DNA of 62,693 nt from a virus (lineage: Duplodnaviria > Caudoviricetes): positions 1 to 62,693 of IMG/VR virus record IMGVR_UViG_3300049259_000169, one strand, 5' to 3'. This document shows positions 37,307-46,028 of the stretch, piece by piece. The position numbers and the translations under genes were made by a program. Every line of letters begins with the position of its first letter. The stretch's first letter is position 1. The notes beneath the pieces are model-generated. The model saw only the letters and a list, made by a program, of their open reading frames with translations, searched no databases and was not told the origin of the DNA.

Positions 37307-38603
37307 TGACTGAGCTGAGCGAGAGCATCGAGGCCATCCTGGAACGCCGTCAGGCCAACGGCAGTATCACGGTTGGCGACGCGGACACCGTGCGCGAGTT
37401 CGCCGAGTTCCTTTCGGAAGTCGGACCGCCGACGTCGGTCGACCCGGAAGACCGGGGTCGGCGGCGTCGCGCACTGATCAAGCACGCGGAGTACTGCGGC
37501 CTGACGGCGGCCGACGTCGCCGCTCTCCAGGCCGCAGAGGACAGGGCGAACGCCGGCGGCTTCGTCTGCCCGGAGTGTGCAGCTGGGAAGTGCGGGATCT
37601 GCGCCCGCCAGGCGCTGGACACCGCCAACGGCCTGATCGTGGACTGCTCGTGCCGTCACGGCGGTGCGTGATGGGCGAGCAGCCGCAGATCCCGCTGGAC
37701 CGGATGTCCTCGGGCCAGCTCCAACGAGCGTGGTCACTGATGCTGGTGCGGTCGCTCTGGCCCACCATCGACCCAGCTCAGGGTCACCGAATTGCTCAGT
37801 GGGTCTACGCGCAGAGGAGCCAAGCGTGAGAGCCACGCCGAAGGTCGCGCCCACGGCGCGCCCGAGCGGAGCGCTCTACCGGCCCCGCAAGCCCCTCCGA
37901 GCTCAGACGGTGATGTGGGACGAGGACTACTGGGTGGTCCTGGTCTACGGAACCCACGACGCCGAGTTGGCTCGAGAGGTCGCGCTGGCCGAGTGGGTTC
38001 CGGAGATGGAGGCGCCGCTCCCCGAACCGCGGCGGATCTGGACCAAGGTGGTGCCATGGGACCCGTTCGGCTACGGCTACGACCGCACCGTCATGGAGGT
38101 CCCGGGCGACACCAAAGGCTCGACACCCACATTGCAGTACGGAGGTGACGACTGATGATCTGGTTGCTGTACGTCTCCGAGGCGGCGTTGGTGGTGGCCG
38201 CCATTGCGCTGGTGCCATGGATGAAGCGGGAGGGGGACCGCAGCTGGCGGGCTCACTGTGTGGCTACGCGCTTCCGGACCATGATGGCCGGAGTGACCGA
38301 GCGGATGGGACACCTCGCCGCCGAGATGCAGAAGATGACCGAGCCTGCGCGACGCGCGGCGGATCGTCTCGGTGCACTGGTGCTGACATTCGCGAGCGCG
38401 ACCGTCCCGCCTCCTGGGCTGCGCCCACGGGGACTGCGCGCCGGGCGGGTTGTGGCCGGCCGACGGCTGACCCGGGTGGAGGTGACCCATCGCGAGCTGG
38501 TGACGGCGCTGGGCTACACCGAGTCGCCCACCATGGCAGCGGAGATGTGGCCGATCGCTGAACGGATCGCGACCGCGATTCGAGTGAACGAGAGGGAGGG
38601 CTG

Positions 38604-40676
38604 ATGGCGGTCGAGATCTGCCTGCCGTGCAGGAACGAGCGGCACCTCGACTGCGTGCTGACGGTCGAGGAGAACGAGGCTCCGTGTGACTGTTCGCACG
38701 GGGTGATGTCGGAGGACGAGCACCTGCTGGCCAAGCAGATCTACGAGGCGATCCAGCAGCACGCGGCCGACACGGACCGGTCGCGGCACGCGGCCGAGTT
38801 CAAGCTCGGCATCTCCGACGTCGGGTACTGCCCGGAGCGGCTGCGCCGGACCCTCGACAATCAGGTCCCGGAGGGCACCGACATGCTGGCGGCGGTCATC
38901 GGACAGGCGGTCGGCAAGGAGGTGGAGGAGGCGCTCAAGGCCCAGCTGTGGCCCGACGCGATCCTCCAGGCGGAGGTGATGCTGCGGCTACGCATCCAGG
39001 GCAAGGTCTACAACCTGCCCGGCCACCCGGACATCATCCGGCCGGACTGGGGGATCCTCGACGGAAAGGGTCTCGCGCTCAACACGCTCCTGCCCGTCCC
39101 GAACGGCTGGACCGCGATGGGCGACCTCCGGGTGGGCGATGAGGTCTACGACCGTGACGGAGCGCGGACCCGCGTGACGTTCAAGTCGGAGGTCAAGAAC
39201 ATCGACTGTTGGCGGGTCACGTTCCGTACCGGCGAGCAGGTGATCTGCGACGACGAGCACCGGTGGGTCGTGGTTGACCGCAAGGGTCACGAGCGCGTCG
39301 AGACCGCGTCGTGGATCGCCGAACAGCGGCAGGCGGGTCGCGCGGTCACGGTGCCCGTGCTCGCGGACGCCTGCGCGGGCGACCCCGGGGTGCCGGCGTT
39401 GGATCCATGGCTGCTGGGCTACTGGGTCGGCAATGGCCAGCGCTGCATGCCCCGGGTGACCGCGAACCTCGCGGACGCTGAGGAGGTCCACCGGCGCGTG
39501 ACGAGGCTCGGGTGGCGGGCGACTGTGACCCCCGACAAGAGAGGCTCTCAGGCCGCGTTGCTCACCATCCAGACGAACGAGGTGAAGCGGCGTGCCGATG
39601 GCCGAATGGTACGCAGTAACCAGTTCCGCCTGGAGCTGGAGGCGCTGGGCATCTTCGAGACTAAGGGCTTCCCGGTCCAGTACCTCCGGGCATCGCCCTC
39701 CGACCGGAAGATGCTGCTGCGGGGACTCATGGACTCCGACGGAACCTGGAACAAGGCACGTCGTCGGGTGTCGTTCACATCCACGACCGAGTCGGTAGCG
39801 CTCGGGCTCGCCGAGCTGGCGCGATCGCTCGGCGAGCGAGTTCAGTACAACGCCCACCTCGCGCACGGCTACGGGAAAGAGGTCCAGGCGCATGTCGTCG
39901 AGTGGACGCCGTCGTTCAATCCGTTCGCGCTGACCAGGAAGGGATCGAAGGTGCAGGTTCGTGAGGCTCAGCGCCACGCCATCGCGTCGGTCGAGCGGGT
40001 CGAGTCGGTACCAACTCAGTGCATCGCGGTGGACTCGCCGACCAAGACCTATCTGTGTTCGGAGGGGTGGATCCCGACCCACAACACCGACTTCGGCCTG
40101 TCCGCGATCGAGAGGGACGGCCCGTCGTTCCAGCAGCAGTTCCAGCGGCACGCCTATGGGCTGGCCGCGTTCGAGGCCGGCCACTTCCCGGACCTCGCAC
40201 TGGAGGACGTCATGGTCGGGAACTTCTGGCTCGACCGGGGCGCCGTGGAGAAGCGGGTCCACGTCCAGTTCGAATCCTTCAACCCGGAGATCATCGACCG
40301 TGGGATCGACGAGCTCGAGTCGGTGGTCTACGCCTACCTGAACGAAGAGGAAGCGGAGAAGCGGCCCCCTCGGGAGGTTTGCCGGGTGACCTGTGGCTAC
40401 TTCGCGAAGTGCCGGGAGTGGGAGACTGACGTGTCGGGCCTGCTCGACGACCCGGACGCGGTGTCGGCGATCCTCGCGTACGTCGAGGGCCGCAACCTGA
40501 CCACCCGCGGTGACAAGCTCAAGCGGGAGGCAAAGGCGAAGCTGGACGGGATCTCTGGGTCCACGGGAGAGTGGCTGCTGCGGCAGACGTGGACGAACCC
40601 GACCGAGGTCCCAGCGTCGAAGCGCAAGGGCCACTACCGGATCGACATCAAGCCGGTGCGGAAGGTCGACGGATGA
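38604..40676 (+). CDS. Cas4/RecB-like PD-(D/E)xK exonuclease interrupted by an intein
   Basis: SDVGYCPER, GHPD..DGK|TD, QRHAY and C-x3-C-x5-C motifs. Confidence 0.8.
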   Translation: MAVEICLPCRNERHLDCVLTVEENEAPCDCSHGVMSEDEHLLAKQIYEAIQQHAADTDRSRHAAEFKLGISDVGYCPERLRRTLDNQVPEGTDMLAAVIGQAVGKEVEEALKAQLWPDAILQAEVMLRLRIQGKVYNLPGHPDIIRPDWGILDGKGLALNTLLPVPNGWTAMGDLRVGDEVYDRDGARTRVTFKSEVKNIDCWRVTFRTGEQVICDDEHRWVVVDRKGHERVETASWIAEQRQAGRAVTVPVLADACAGDPGVPALDPWLLGYWVGNGQRCMPRVTANLADAEEVHRRVTRLGWRATVTPDKRGSQAALLTIQTNEVKRRADGRMVRSNQFRLELEALGIFETKGFPVQYLRASPSDRKMLLRGLMDSDGTWNKARRRVSFTSTTESVALGLAELARSLGERVQYNAHLAHGYGKEVQAHVVEWTPSFNPFALTRKGSKVQVREAQRHAIASVERVESVPTQCIAVDSPTKTYLCSEGWIPTHNTDFGLSAIERDGPSFQQQFQRHAYGLAAFEAGHFPDLALEDVMVGNFWLDRGAVEKRVHVQFESFNPEIIDRGIDELESVVYAYLNEEEAEKRPPREVCRVTCGYFAKCREWETDVSGLLDDPDAVSAILAYVEGRNLTTRGDKLKREAKAKLDGISGSTGEWLLRQTWTNPTEVPASKRKGHYRIDIKPVRKVDG
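39069..40085 (+). mobile_element. class-3-type intein with LAGLIDADG homing endonuclease (339 aa)
   Basis: GLALNT..PNGW...GDLRVGD, block B HRW, LLGYWVGNG and LRGLMDSDG, VPTQCIAVD, IPTHN|T. Confidence 0.9.
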
Positions 40677-41520
40677 TCGAGCGTTCGCCCGAGAGTGACC
40701 ACATCCGAGTGACCGCGACCGACCCCGCAACCGGCGACAGCGACACGATGCAGATCGGCAATGACTACTGCCTCGTCACGGCCGGGAGCGCCGAGGTCAC
40801 GGGCGTCACAGTCCACCACAAGTCGGACGGCACGCAGACCCACGTCATCACTGTCAAGGGAGTCCGCCGTGGCTGAGCTGTACCGCCTGACGTTCGAGAT
40901 CGTCAGCCAGACCCACCTGCACCTCTACTGCAACGGGGACCCGATGTTCTACAAGAACGTCACCCAGACCGTCCCCAACAGCGAGATCCCGGACGAGCAC
41001 TGGCAGGAGGTTTCTAAGGAGGACTCGAACCCGTGGCAGCAGTACAACGCCCTGCGCCAGTGGGCGGGTGAGGACCGCGGGTTCGTGCGCAACGTGCGCC
41101 TGGAGAAGCAGGTCAGCATGCCCGAGTGGGAGCCAGTTGAGGAGGTCGGCCGTGCCGAATGACCACAACCCCAAGACCGAGAGTGCGGAGTCCGTACTGC
41201 TGGACGCTCTGCGTTGGCGCGAGGACATGCAGGTCACCAATCACGAGGGCGAGGGGGTGTGGCTTCGCCCTTCGCTCAACGCTTCTGACGAGCGGACGGG
41301 TGTCACGGACTGTTGCTTCGCGGAAGCGCCGTGCGACAGGCATCGCCACGTCCCCCTTCGCAACGGCTGGGGGGCGTGCCGTCACGGTAACGGCTTCCCG
41401 TGCCCCATCTGCTGCGGCGTCCCGGCACGCCAGCGCGGCGGCCAGCCGTGGGGATGTGTAGTCATTTCACCCGAAGGGCGTACCTGAGTTACCCGAGTAA
41501 TCGAACGAACGGAGAACACC

Positions 41521-42444
41521 ATGAAGGAGCGTTTCATCACGAGACGGTTCAAACCGTCCACTCTCGAGATCATCGAGCGGGCGGTCGAGATCTGTGAGGA
41601 CTACCGGGCTCAGGGCTACAGCCTGACGCTCCGGCAGCTGTACTACCGGTTCGTCAGCACGATGCCCGACTTCGAGAACACCAGCCGCAGCTACAAGAAC
41701 CTGGGCTCGGCGATCAACGATGCCCGACTGGCGGGACTCATGGACTGGTCGCACATCGAGGACCGCACCCGCAGTGTCGGCGGCGGCTACTACCCGGCCA
41801 CCACACCGGGCGACTCGATCGCTCGGTACGCCTCGTACTACACCGAGCCGTTGTGGAAGGGACAGGACTACCGGCCCGAGGTGTGGGTCGAGAAGGAGGC
41901 GCTGGCCGACGTGGTCCGCCAAGCCGCCGGCGGATACCGGGTGCCGACGTTCGCATGCCGAGGCTACGTGTCGCAGACCGCGATGTACGACGCCGCCAAG
42001 CGGTTCGAGCGGCGCCGCGACCAGGGACTGATGCCGGTGGTGATCCACCTGGGCGACCACGACCCGTCGGGCATCGACATGACCCGGGACATTCGTGACC
42101 GGCTCGAGCAGATGTCGTGGGGCGATGTCGAGGTGCGGCGCATCGCGCTGAACATGGATCAGATCCGCCAGTACGACCCGCCACCGGACCCGGCCAAGGT
42201 CACCGACTCCCGCGCACTCGGCTACATCGCCACCTACGGCGACTCGTCATGGGAGCTGGACGCCCTGGAGCCCCGGGTCCTGACGGCGCTGATCGAGTCG
42301 GAGATCGAGTCGGTCCTCGACCGCGACCTGTTCGACAGCCAGGTTCTGCTGGAGGAGGAGCGGCGGGCGCAGATCGTGGAGATCGCCGAACGGTACGACG
42401 ACCTGCGCGCGAACTGGGACGACATCCTGGGCGTGATCAGCTGA
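41521..42444 (+). CDS. Topo VI-A/Spo11-like (Mini-A type) TOPRIM protein
   Basis: LTLRQLYY, VWVEK, RGY.S and HLGDHDPSG. Confidence 0.75.
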   Translation: MKERFITRRFKPSTLEIIERAVEICEDYRAQGYSLTLRQLYYRFVSTMPDFENTSRSYKNLGSAINDARLAGLMDWSHIEDRTRSVGGGYYPATTPGDSIARYASYYTEPLWKGQDYRPEVWVEKEALADVVRQAAGGYRVPTFACRGYVSQTAMYDAAKRFERRRDQGLMPVVIHLGDHDPSGIDMTRDIRDRLEQMSWGDVEVRRIALNMDQIRQYDPPPDPAKVTDSRALGYIATYGDSSWELDALEPRVLTALIESEIESVLDRDLFDSQVLLEEERRAQIVEIAERYDDLRANWDDILGVIS

Positions 42445-42714
42445 TGGCCGCCATGAGGAAGGTTGAGACGGCGAGGGAGTTCCGTGACGTCCTGAACGAG
42501 CGACAGGTGCGGATCACGTTCGGCTTCGCGTTCGGAGTCAAGGGCACCATGCTGACGGCCCATCTGGAGGTCGGCGAGATCGGTCCCGGCGGTCGTCAGC
42601 GGTGGACGAAGGTCACGCCCATGCTGGTCGAACGCGACAGCGGAGGCCGCGCAGACCTGCTCCAGCAGATGGTCGACGTCCTGACAATGGATCAGGCAGA
42701 GGAGGTGGAGAGCG

Positions 42715-43239
42715 ATGAGTGAGCACGCGACGGAGTACGTCGTGAACAACCGCACCGGCGAGGTTCACGAGGCCAACTGCCCACGAGTGAAGGTGATCGC
42801 GTCGAAGTCGCCATGGGATCCGGCCAAGGCGGCACTGACGCCCGGGGTGTACGCGGACCGAATCTGCCTGGTCGACGGACTGCCACTGCGGGGCGGAGTC
42901 TCTCGACCCACGACCAGCGAGGTGATCCGCCAGATCTCGGACGCAGTCGACAACTCCTACGCGGTCAAGCTCGATCCGGAAGCCCACATGTGGCGACGAC
43001 TGATGAAGATGGTCGAGGAGTCGGGCGAGGTGGTGACTGCGATCCTGGGTCAGCTCGGCGAGAACCCCCGGAAGGGGCAGACGCACTCGCTGGCGGATAT
43101 CGAGTACGAGCTGCTGGACGTGGCGCTCGCCGCCCTCGGGGCGCGGGCCTTCCTGGGTGATCCCGAACCGGCCGAGAGCCTCGACCGGCATGCTCGGCTG
43201 GTGTGGGAGCGGCTCTCGGCGGCGATCGCCGATGGCTGA
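42715..43239 (+). CDS. MazG-like nucleotide pyrophosphohydrolase
   Basis: KMVEESGEV...ENPRKG...ELLDV. Confidence 0.75.
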   Translation: MSEHATEYVVNNRTGEVHEANCPRVKVIASKSPWDPAKAALTPGVYADRICLVDGLPLRGGVSRPTTSEVIRQISDAVDNSYAVKLDPEAHMWRRLMKMVEESGEVVTAILGQLGENPRKGQTHSLADIEYELLDVALAALGARAFLGDPEPAESLDRHARLVWERLSAAIADG

Positions 43240-44091
43240 CCTGCGGCTGCTGTCCTCGACGGTGCCGGCGGAGGTCGGCATCAGCTGCGACCGTTGCCCG
43301 GCCAGCCTGGCCTCGGCGACGCTGACGATGCCCGAGCTGGAGGATCTGCTGCGCTCGAGCGGCTGGCTGATCCGGGACGGTGTCGACGTGTGCCCGGTGT
43401 GTCGGGCGAAGATCTAGAGGGGGCTCCGGTGACGAACCACGTGACGGCAGTGAAGAGGTCCGGCGACGGCGTCATCGGGACCTGTTCGTGCAAGAAGAAG
43501 CAGGCGCAGCCCGTGAAGTCGAGCCAGGAGGCGGAGGACTGGAACCTGCGCCACCTGGAGCAGGTGCGGCGGGCCCAGGCCGGGGCGGAGCCGGTGCCGC
43601 GGCTGTCGACGGTGCTCAAGGCGTACCGGGAGAGCGCAGCCGACACCGCCCTGTCGCAGCGGGAGCGGGACCAGTGGGCCCGACTCGCCGACGAGATCGC
43701 CACTCGGCTGGGCCTGAATGCCCCACCGTCCGAGCAGCTGCCGCTGTTCTGAGCCGCGCCTGACGGCTCCTGCGCCGCAGGTCCGATACCCTGCGGCGCA
43801 GGAGTTCGTCAAGGGAGGTCGGCCGATGCGACGAGTAGCGAAGGCAGCGCAGCAGCTGCTCAGTCAGGTGGACGAGCGACCCACCCGGGTCTCCTCGTGC
43901 GTGGTCGGCGACCCGGACGGCTACGGGGTGTACCGGTCGGTGCAGGTCGATGCGGTCGCGATCCGGGGACCACTCGCCGACGACCCGCGGATACGGGCCA
44001 TCGCCGTGCTCAACTCGGCGGCCGGCCCGGTGGCGATCGTGACGTTCGTGGCCGGCACGGCGGCGGACCGCACGGAGCCCTTTGACCTCGG

Positions 44092-44478
44092 ATGATCGCG
44101 CTCGCCGCCTGGGCGGTCGTCGACGGGGTCGGCCTGCCGGCGATCGGCTGGTCGACCGGCTGGGCCGCGTTCATCTTCGTCGGCATCCTGTTCGCGCGCG
44201 GCAAGATCCTCACCGAGAAGGACCATCTCGAGCGGATGGCGATCCTGACCACCGCGCACGAGGCGGCCATCGGGGCGAAGGACCGGGAGATCGACCGGAA
44301 CGACCACGACCGCCAGGAGTGGCGCACCGAGTCGCGAATCAAGGACGCGCAGATGGCTGAGAAGGATGCCCAGCTCGCCGAGCAGGCGAAGCAGCTCGCG
44401 GCGGTCGCCGAGATCGGGCGTACGCTGGACTCCGTCCTGACCGCTATCCGCCCTGAATCCACTGGAGGGGCGTCGTGA
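44092..44478 (+). CDS. membrane protein with coiled coil
   Basis: One TM segment plus coiled coil; resembles lysis-cassette membrane genes. Confidence 0.65.
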   Translation: MIALAAWAVVDGVGLPAIGWSTGWAAFIFVGILFARGKILTEKDHLERMAILTTAHEAAIGAKDREIDRNDHDRQEWRTESRIKDAQMAEKDAQLAEQAKQLAAVAEIGRTLDSVLTAIRPESTGGAS

Positions 44479-44735
44479 AGCTGTGGCACCGCTCGAAGCC
44501 CCCGGTCGAGGTGTCGATCCCGGAACCGCGTACGGACGTGCCGATGGAGGGACCCACGGAGGGGGAGCTGGCCCGACACCGGGCGGAGTCGGCGCTGAAC
44601 CGGGAGATCCAGCGCACCCGGACGGTCCGCGCGCAGACGCCGGCGTACGAGACGCTGGGGGCCCGGCTCGGCGCTCTCCGGGAGCGCAACCACATCCGCG
44701 AGGACATCCTCCGGTCGATCATGGGAGGCTCGTGA
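44475..44735 (+). CDS. small basic protein
   Basis: LRERNHI.E.I motif; GTGA overlap. Confidence 0.65.
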   Translation: MKLWHRSKPPVEVSIPEPRTDVPMEGPTEGELARHRAESALNREIQRTRTVRAQTPAYETLGARLGALRERNHIREDILRSIMGGS

Positions 44736-45085
44736 TGATGGACTGGCTCTCCGACGCGCTCCTGTACGTCGCGTTCGTCGCCACCACCGCGCTGCTGCTG
44801 CTGTACGGCCTGCTCCAGCCGTGGTGGCGGTCGTGGTTCGGGATCGCAATGGTCCTGACCCTCGTGTCGCTGTGGCAGGTCGAGGTGCGGGGGCTGCTGA
44901 TGCTCTGGTTCGGGGAGGACTACGCGGTCCGTGACCTGGCGCTTCTTCTCGGCCGCGCTGGGATGGCCACCGGCGCCACCATCGCCGTCATCGGCCTTGG
45001 CCGCCAGCTGCTGCGGACCTGGCGGGCCACCAGGAGCGTGGAGTGGGACCCCTGGACGCCGCGCGACGGCTCCCGCGAGTCCTAG
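44735..45085 (+). CDS. three-TM holin-like protein
   Basis: PWWRSWFG motif and three hydrophobic helices. Confidence 0.7.
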   Translation: MMDWLSDALLYVAFVATTALLLLYGLLQPWWRSWFGIAMVLTLVSLWQVEVRGLLMLWFGEDYAVRDLALLLGRAGMATGATIAVIGLGRQLLRTWRATRSVEWDPWTPRDGSRES

Positions 45086-45145
45086 GCCGCCGAACCGCTC
45101 CGAGGCCCGCAGATCGGCTCTCAGCGATCCGCCAAGATCCGGCCA

Positions 45146-45186
45146 GAAGGCCCCCGACCCGTTCTCGATGCGGGTCGGGGGCCTTC
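45146..45186. terminator. probable bidirectional terminator where the two arms converge
   Basis: 16-bp stem GAAGGCCCCCGACCCG/CGGGTCGGGGGCCTTC. Confidence 0.85.
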
Positions 45187-45228
45187 CGTGCGTCCGGATG
45201 GCGCTCGGTTACCTAGGTAACCGAGCAT

Positions 45229-45498
45229 TCAGCTCGGGCGGACCGAGCGGCGATCGAGGCCGTCGCCCCAGGACACCTGGAGGCCCGCCTCGTGATTGAG
45301 GCGCCGGGTCATGGCCAGGATGTCCTTGCGGGAGTGCCGGCGCAGGTCCATCGCGGCGTCGATCTGGCCGGTGAGCCGTGCGTCGAAGTACGCGCGGCTG
45401 TACGCGGCCTCCAGCTCCCGCTCCACCAGCTGTTCGATCTCCAGCAGGTAGAGCAGCCGCTCCAGCGGGTCGTCCGGCGGATCGAGTTCCAGCATCAC
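45229..45498 (-). CDS. hypothetical protein
   Basis: GC3-rich; overlaps the upstream stop. Confidence 0.65.
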   Translation of the reverse strand: MMLELDPPDDPLERLLYLLEIEQLVERELEAAYSRAYFDARLTGQIDAAMDLRRHSRKDILAMTRRLNHEAGLQVSWGDGLDRRSVRPS

Positions 45499-45767
45499 TC
45501 GGTCTGCGACTCGGTCTGCGACTCGGTCTGCGACTCGGTCTGCGACGCGGCGGTCGATCGTGCCAGCTCCTCGGCGTGACGTCGGAGCTCGGCGTTCTCG
45601 GCCAGCAGGCCGTCCACCTGAACGGCCAGCTGGACGGCCAGGTCCAGTATCGCGACCAGCCGGTCGGCGTCCTCGCGGTGGCGCTTGGCGACCCCCAGGT
45701 CGCTGCGCAGCTGGTCGGCGAGGCCGGCCCTCGGCTTGCTCGGGGGGCTGCTCGGGGGATTGTTCAC
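45495..45767 (-). CDS. coiled-coil protein ending in (SQTE)4
   Basis: GGAGGT RBS before GTG. Confidence 0.65.
   Translation of the reverse strand: MNNPPSSPPSKPRAGLADQLRSDLGVAKRHREDADRLVAILDLAVQLAVQVDGLLAENAELRRHAEELARSTAASQTESQTESQTESQTE
45497..45544. repeat. 12-bp tandem repeat ACTCGGTCTGCG x4
   Basis: Read directly. Confidence 0.9.
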
Positions 45768-45817
45768 GGGTACCTCCGGAGTGTGCGTTCGACCCAGCCT
45801 GTCACGACGGCGCGCGC

Positions 45818-46012
45818 TCAACCATCCAGCTCGCCGAGCGTCGCCTGGAGGGTGGCGAGGTTGCCGCCGTCCGAGAGGTACTGCTGGGCGATCATCCGCA
45901 GGTCGTCCGGAGCCTTGGAGACCCGGTTGCGCTGCGCCTGGAGGGCCGCGATGTCGCCGGCCAGCGTGGCCAGCTCCTCGTCGGTGTACCCCGAGAAGTC
46001 GATGTCGTCCAT
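45818..46012 (-). CDS. small acidic protein after the tail fibre gene
   Basis: AGGAG RBS; MDDIDFSGYTDEEL. Confidence 0.7.
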   Translation of the reverse strand: MDDIDFSGYTDEELATLAGDIAALQAQRNRVSKAPDDLRMIAQQYLSDGGNLATLQATLGELDG

Positions 46013-46028
46013 GCCTGCCCGCTCCTGT

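Larger units (their letters stand above)
15194..45226. repeat. dispersed palindrome GTTAC-N4/5-GTAAC, about 12 copies
   Basis: Copies start at 15194, 16387, 17060, 17620, 19345, 21344, 25291, 27480, 34426, 36498, 41488 and 45203. Confidence 0.9.

Noticed and set aside
15194-45226. Palindromes as a CRISPR array, given the Cas4-like gene
   Set aside because: Copies are 0.5-7 kb apart with no regular spacers. The nuclease lies near ERF and fits phage recombination.
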